Shown: in pieces, positions 59,537 through 64,000 of the stretch | How the letters are laid out: each line of letters opens with the position of its first letter | Position numbering within the stretch: the stretch's first letter is position 1 | From: Bdellovibrio sp. | GTDB taxonomy: Bacteria > Bdellovibrionota > Bdellovibrionia > Bdellovibrionales > Bdellovibrionaceae | Length of the DNA: 64,000 nucleotides | NCBI GenBank assembly: GCA_036677065.1 | Contig: JAKFBS010000004.1 | Coordinates: 384,001-448,000 of the forward strand | Direction: 5' to 3' | Notes under the pieces: model-generated | The model's database searches: none | Seen by the model: the letters and a program-made list of their open reading frames with translations, nothing else | Told to the model about the DNA's origin: nothing | Made by a program: the position numbers and the translations under genes

Positions 59537-59548
59537 AGCTGCGGGCGG

Positions 59549-60265
59549 CTAGCTTTCTTCATCGAAGCGAAGTGATTCTAATTTCGGAATAAAAAATCTG
59601 ACGTAATCACCTTGGCGCTCGCGGGTCATGCCTTCTGAAGCGACAGGACGCTCGAATTTAAATTCTTCATGAAATGTTTGAAAGTTGTTCGTGCTGGTTT
59701 TTTTTATGCCTTCGTCAACTGAATCCTGAAATTTTCTTTTTCCAGAAATAGTCGCGCGGTTATTAGCTACCGACATTCTCAAATTATCTTTTTCATGTTC
59801 TGGAGCATAGGCTTCAATCACATAACCATCGTTCATTTCAGAAACGCGGCTACCGCGGTCTTGCACTTTATAGAATTGATCAGTCTCTTTAGTTACGTAA
59901 TTTTGCACCATCGGCGCAGGCTTTTCTGTAGAGATCGAACGGGCGCTAGCTACTGAAGATTGATTAGCTTCTTGGTTGTTATTACTTTTTTGCTGAACAT
60001 CTTTACGGCTATAAGTAGCCGCTTTTATTTCCTGACGTTCAGCTTTGTGCGCTTCATTGCTTTCAACAGCATCGCGTTTGATATGATTAATCGCCGCTGC
60101 AGAGTCTTGATCAATTTCTTTACTTAACTCATTGTACTTAGCTTTAAGATTTTTCAAATCATCACGCTGAGCTTCAGCGAGCTGTTTTTTACGCTCAGTT
60201 TTTTCTTGCTGAACTTGCTGAATGTTGTCTTGCGATACTCTTCGAGTTTGTATTGAATCTGCCAT
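59549..60265 (-). CDS. Coiled-coil protein with a C-terminal Hsp20/alpha-crystallin-like domain
   Basis: YVIEAYAP...LRMSV...ATISGKR...F.EEFKF...FFIPK. Confidence 0.65.
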   Translation of the reverse strand: MADSIQTRRVSQDNIQQVQQEKTERKKQLAEAQRDDLKNLKAKYNELSKEIDQDSAAAINHIKRDAVESNEAHKAERQEIKAATYSRKDVQQKSNNNQEANQSSVASARSISTEKPAPMVQNYVTKETDQFYKVQDRGSRVSEMNDGYVIEAYAPEHEKDNLRMSVANNRATISGKRKFQDSVDEGIKKTSTNNFQTFHEEFKFERPVASEGMTRERQGDYVRFFIPKLESLRFDEES

Positions 60266-60318
60266 AGATAAATCATAGCAAAAATTGTCTCAAAATAAGA
60301 CGGGCAGAAAGTCTAGAT

Positions 60319-60603
60319 TTAGGGAGCTGTTGGCGCCGTGGCGGCTTGCGCGGGTTCGCGCTTTTCAGGTTGCACACAGTGTGATTTAAAGTCACTCGTG
60401 CGGCCTTTACAGCGCCAAGTCTGTGTGTAGCTGATGGTTTCGTCTGACTTTAGAGTAAAAAAAGTCAGGTACTGTTCCGGGTCTAAGGTCGAATCGAACT
60501 GTCTGTTTTCGCCGGTTTTTGTATTGGTGATCATTAATGTGAATACGCGGTATTCAGCAAAGGTGTTTAGACTCAGTAAAAAAACAAAAAGGAAAGCTTT
60601 CAC
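60319..60603 (-). CDS. Small secreted hypothetical protein
   Basis: Signal peptide; TWRCKGRT motif; REPA tail. Confidence 0.7.
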   Translation of the reverse strand: MKAFLFVFLLSLNTFAEYRVFTLMITNTKTGENRQFDSTLDPEQYLTFFTLKSDETISYTQTWRCKGRTSDFKSHCVQPEKREPAQAATAPTAP

Positions 60604-60610
60604 CTTCCTT

Positions 60611-60638
60611 TTATCGGCTTACTTTTTAGCTGTCTTGA
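60611..60638 (-). promoter_or_regulatory. sigma28 promoter
   Basis: TCAAG-N15-GCCGATAA, 7 nt before GTG 60603. Confidence 0.7.
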
Positions 60639-61428
60639 TTTTTTGATCCATGGCTTTGCGTAATTCTTTTACTTTTGCGCCGATAATACGGTGATTTTTA
60701 TCAGCGATGCTAGAGTTTACCAGTACAAAGTCGATATATGGTAAGAGGGTTTTTACGTTTTCAGCAGATGTGCCGGAAGCTACGCCCAGGGGATGTTTGC
60801 CAATAACTGATCTTGCAGCTTTAGCACGTGTTGGATCAGTGGCAACGCCGGTTTTTGGACCTGTGATCACGATACCATCAACCCAACCCATGGCTTGAAT
60901 GGCTGATCGTTCGACAGTTTTAGTGGGATCAACCGGAGTAGAGTATTTCATGTGAATGCCGCTCACGTAAAATACATCAGCAGGTTTTAAGGCATCAATC
61001 GCATGCAAACTTGTTTCAGGAGCTTCTTTGATTAAATCGACGGCAGAAAAATCTGTCCAGGCGATTTGTAAATTATGTTTTTTGGCTAATTCAAAAGTTT
61101 CTTTGTAGGTCATTAATTTTTCATCGGGCCCTAATAAATTAACACCAAAAGTTTTAGTTGGGTATTTTGCCTTAATAGCCCCTAATGCTTCATCTAATTT
61201 TTTGTAATCGCCGGTTTCCCAAACGATGGCATCGGCGCCGTTGTTGAAAGCTTCTTCGCAGTCTTTAAGGTAATCTTCAAGATTGCTGTTCACGTAGCCG
61301 ACGATCCACATTTGTTTTTTCGTGCCGAATTTTTGCGTGAAAAAATCACGACGAGTTTGATAATCAGAGGCTTGCATAGGTTGTGAGTATAGAACTAAAG
61401 CTGCTAAAAAATAAATAAATACTTTCAT
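60619..61428 (-). CDS. BtpA/SgcQ-like TIM-barrel protein with signal peptide
   Basis: GADAI, FGVNLL, IHMKY, DGIVITGPKTG and VASG.SAENV. Confidence 0.72.
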   Translation of the reverse strand: MKVFIYFLAALVLYSQPMQASDYQTRRDFFTQKFGTKKQMWIVGYVNSNLEDYLKDCEEAFNNGADAIVWETGDYKKLDEALGAIKAKYPTKTFGVNLLGPDEKLMTYKETFELAKKHNLQIAWTDFSAVDLIKEAPETSLHAIDALKPADVFYVSGIHMKYSTPVDPTKTVERSAIQAMGWVDGIVITGPKTGVATDPTRAKAARSVIGKHPLGVASGTSAENVKTLLPYIDFVLVNSSIADKNHRIIGAKVKELRKAMDQKIKTAKK

Positions 61429-61458
61429 GAGGTGCCTTTCAAAATTTTTAATTAAAAA

Positions 61459-61827
61459 TTAATGCGATGAATGATTTTTATTCGAACGCATATTGTTTTC
61501 GATAATATAGAAATAAGCTCTGATCAGACGCTCTTGATCTTCAACTGATAAACTTTTTACGTAACTTTGTTTGTCGGTTAATGTTTTGAACTGAAGAAGT
61601 TTTAACAAATCATCCTGAATTTTTTTAAGATTTTCGACTTGAAAAAAATCATCTTCAGTAAAGGCTTTTTGGAACACTTCGGCGATATGACGGTTGTCAA
61701 AAAGCAAATGAACGCCCATTTGGGATTGATCTAAAATTCCTTTTAGATTCTTAAGCTGATCGTCATTTAAATAAACTTCTACTTTAGACAAACGAGGGTG
61801 TTCCTTCTTAATTAAAAGCCTACTCAC
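61459..61827 (-). CDS. Hypothetical protein
   Basis: 122-aa ORF; GVHLLFD and AYFYIIEN segments. Confidence 0.65.
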   Translation of the reverse strand: MSRLLIKKEHPRLSKVEVYLNDDQLKNLKGILDQSQMGVHLLFDNRHIAEVFQKAFTEDDFFQVENLKKIQDDLLKLLQFKTLTDKQSYVKSLSVEDQERLIRAYFYIIENNMRSNKNHSSH

Positions 61828-61934
61828 TGGATGGGGAGTTTCAATCAGAATCGATTGACTTTATTAGTCATTCGAATTCTGCTTAGACGTAGTAGAGTTC
61901 GGTGCTATATTTTTGCTATAAAAAGGGATAACAC

Positions 61935-62915
61935 ATGAGTAAAGTTGCCAGTAAATTGAACAATAAGTTAAATAAAAAAATTGGCTCTGGCTCACGTACT
62001 AAAAGTAAGCAGATAAAAATTAAAGTCAAAGCAGGCGCGCAAAAAAAGAAATCTGCAAAAAAAGTGAAAGCCCAAGCCCATAAAGCTTCGAAAAAAATTC
62101 AGGATAAAGAACTTATAGTTATCGATGAAACCCAAGGTCTTATTTTTGAAAATGACAAAACCCTTTTTGGTTATTTTTCTGAACAAATCAAAGCCATGGA
62201 AGAGCGTTACGCAAAACACTATGCGCCTTCGCGTGATTTTACTGAATCAGAGATCGACGCTAAAGAAAATTACCTTGAATCAACTTTAGATGATCCAGAT
62301 GAAATCTGGATCGATGCTGAAACTTTTCCGGATGTTCCGTTATATGCATTAATTAAAACTGTTGATGATCCAACAGAGCCATTTATTTATGTGGCCGTTG
62401 TGTATTTAAACACCGAAGACAAATACCCTAGTTTTGTATTTATTCACTTTGCGACAAAAGACACTCAGTTAGCAGAAATGTTTCGTACCAAAGAAATTAT
62501 TTATCACCGTAAACTTGAAGCGATACAGTTTGCATCAATCGAAGGCGATTCGCTTTTAGAAGGCGATCACTTAGCCATCGGGCTTTTAGAGTCGATGATG
62601 ATTTTACGTAATGAAAAAGATGTGCCACCTGATCAGTTTCAGGATTTCGCTGAACAGCGCGATGAGACGATTAATAGTCCTGATGAAATTTGGCGTAAAG
62701 TCGATTCTGAAGGTCACACCTTAGTTACATTTATTCGTGATATCTCTGATTTTAAACCAGATCATTTTTATATCGTGGTGACTGAAGAAGATCCTAATAC
62801 CGAAGTGCATTCATTGTTATTTTCGTTTCCAACAAATGATTCAACGCTGGCAGATCGTTACCGTCAGGGTGAAAATTTAGAAGCTGAAGAAGTCTCTCAA
62901 GAATCATCTCACTAG
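61935..62915 (+). CDS. Protein with a Lys-rich N-terminus and two tandem PBECR2-like nuclease-fold domains
   Basis: Internal repeat TLDDPDEIW / TINSPDEIW and F.TKD..LAE.FR / FPTND..LADRYR. Confidence 0.65.
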   Translation: MSKVASKLNNKLNKKIGSGSRTKSKQIKIKVKAGAQKKKSAKKVKAQAHKASKKIQDKELIVIDETQGLIFENDKTLFGYFSEQIKAMEERYAKHYAPSRDFTESEIDAKENYLESTLDDPDEIWIDAETFPDVPLYALIKTVDDPTEPFIYVAVVYLNTEDKYPSFVFIHFATKDTQLAEMFRTKEIIYHRKLEAIQFASIEGDSLLEGDHLAIGLLESMMILRNEKDVPPDQFQDFAEQRDETINSPDEIWRKVDSEGHTLVTFIRDISDFKPDHFYIVVTEEDPNTEVHSLLFSFPTNDSTLADRYRQGENLEAEEVSQESSH

Positions 62916-62936
62916 CTCTTTTGAAAGCCTGAATCT

Positions 62937-63005
62937 TTTTACTCTGCTTTTGGGTTTACACTTTTTATGGTGAATAAACTGTAAACCCAAATACAGAGTG
63001 TAAAA
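62937..63005 (+). terminator. Long imperfect inverted repeat after the PBECR2-like gene
   Basis: ACTCTG..TTTGGGTTTACA ... TGTAAACCCAAA..CAGAGT. Confidence 0.55.
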
Positions 63006-63055
63006 AAGGGGAAAACCCAACTGCGGGGGGACACAGTTGGGCTTTGGGGGGTTAC
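63002..63055 (-). terminator. Terminator hairpin with C-rich loop and flanks
   Basis: Minus strand CCCCCC-AAAGCCCAACUG-[UGUCCCCCCG]-CAGUUGGGUUUU-CCCC-UUUUUU. Confidence 0.7.
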
Positions 63056-63073
63056 TTTATTTTGCGGTAACTA

Positions 63074-63760
63074 TTAGAAACAAGTCGCTTGGTAGTAGCT
63101 TGTGTAGTTTGCTGATGTCCAGCCAGTTACATCTGTTGTAGCTAGTGGGTGTAAGTCTCTTAAAATCTGTGCTCTAGCAGAACCATCTGAGTTGTAAGCG
63201 TAATCTGCTGCAACACCTAAGAATTGTGGAATTAAAATATTTTGTTGCGCTACGATGCTGCCAGTTGAACTGTACACTACAGCTTTTAATACTTGGTATT
63301 CACCAGCTGCATCGTTGAGGTCGATGTAATAACCTTGTGAAGTCGTTACTGTGCTTGCAGTGATAGACGATGCTGCAGATTGATCTACAGTGCCTGATGA
63401 TAATACGTAGCGAGTTGAATTTAATTGTGTTGGCTCTAAGAAAGCCTGTGATCCAGATACTTTCCATTTAAAGAAACGAATGGTGTTACCTGAAGCTGTT
63501 GAAGCTGCTGATAGGCGATTAAATTTAATTTTTACTAAGCTGTTATTGATTGTGCCAGATGAATTTTTAACTGCAGAGATATTCACTGACATATCGGCGC
63601 CGACTGATTTTTGGCATGAAGTTACAACTTTTGTTCCAGCGTTTGTTACTGTTGAAGCCTGCACTGTTGTTGTCGCTGATTGCGAAGACTTTGAAGTTCC
63701 ACAAGAGCTTAATGTTAAAAGTGCTGTTGCTGTTAAGAAGAGTGTAGTTGTTAATTTCAT
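63074..63760 (-). CDS. Ser/Thr-rich lipoprotein of unknown function
   Basis: Lipobox LSSC; CGGGGGA RBS. Confidence 0.8.
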   Translation of the reverse strand: MKLTTTLFLTATALLTLSSCGTSKSSQSATTTVQASTVTNAGTKVVTSCQKSVGADMSVNISAVKNSSGTINNSLVKIKFNRLSAASTASGNTIRFFKWKVSGSQAFLEPTQLNSTRYVLSSGTVDQSAASSITASTVTTSQGYYIDLNDAAGEYQVLKAVVYSSTGSIVAQQNILIPQFLGVAADYAYNSDGSARAQILRDLHPLATTDVTGWTSANYTSYYQATCF

Positions 63761-63802
63761 ATATCCCCCGATATGTGTTTGTTAGTTGTTACAATGGTAT
63801 AA

Positions 63803-63818
63803 AGCAACAGGCGGGCCA
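63803..63818 (-). promoter_or_regulatory. sigma54 promoter
   Basis: TGGCCC-GCCTG-TTGCT upstream of the 63760 lipoprotein. Confidence 0.7.
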
Positions 63819-64000
63819 TATCTCATTCTGAGAGTGTTGTTTTAAACAGAATAGTTTTGATCTAAAAACGAAATTCTCACTCTGAGAATTGGTATTTGCT
63901 TCGCTTTGAAACACACGGTGATTTGCGGCACTAGCTGTCGACGATATCTACATTTAAAGGCCAGCGGCCATAAGTGAGGGAGTTGGTTTTATCGTGCTGC

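Noticed and set aside
61899..61920. Possible sigma54 motif CGGTGCTATATTTTTGC
   Set aside because: GG-to-GC spacing is 12 rather than 10
1..64000. CRISPR array, prophage, IS element or defence island
   Set aside because: No regularly spaced repeats and no integrase, transposase, cas or virion genes recognised

Overview
This is a gene-dense, AT-rich bacterial chromosomal segment. Its gene content points to a predatory Bdellovibrionota (Bdellovibrio/Pseudobdellovibrio-like) genome: a TIGR02147-type protein, GS-III, a short bifunctional PutA and many orphan secreted lipoproteins. This taxonomic call is an inference. The window holds about 60 CDS, including the 3' end of nrdJ, GS-III, isovaleryl-CoA dehydrogenase, trmH, an RluA-methyltransferase fusion, lemA-TPM-TPM, azlCD, ogt, mscL, dinB, putA and hslO. 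It also has two tRNAs (Arg-UCG, Gly-GCC) and a yybP-ykoY manganese riboswitch. I found no CRISPR array, integrase, transposase or prophage. The most unusual signals are regulatory: (1) a C-rich terminator hairpin whose loop is complementary to poly-G ribosome-binding sites of several genes; (2) a recurring TCTCA-N3-TGAGA palindrome abutting sigma54 promoters, with a stand-alone Fis-type HTH protein as candidate binder; (3) a sigma54-driven structured leader or sRNA; (4) a covarying 48-bp two-hairpin repeat; (5) widespread leaderless sigma28/sigma70 architecture. There are also several apparent pseudo-enzymes and a sigma28 three-gene surface operon whose last gene seems to start at CTG. All calls were made by eye, without database searches.
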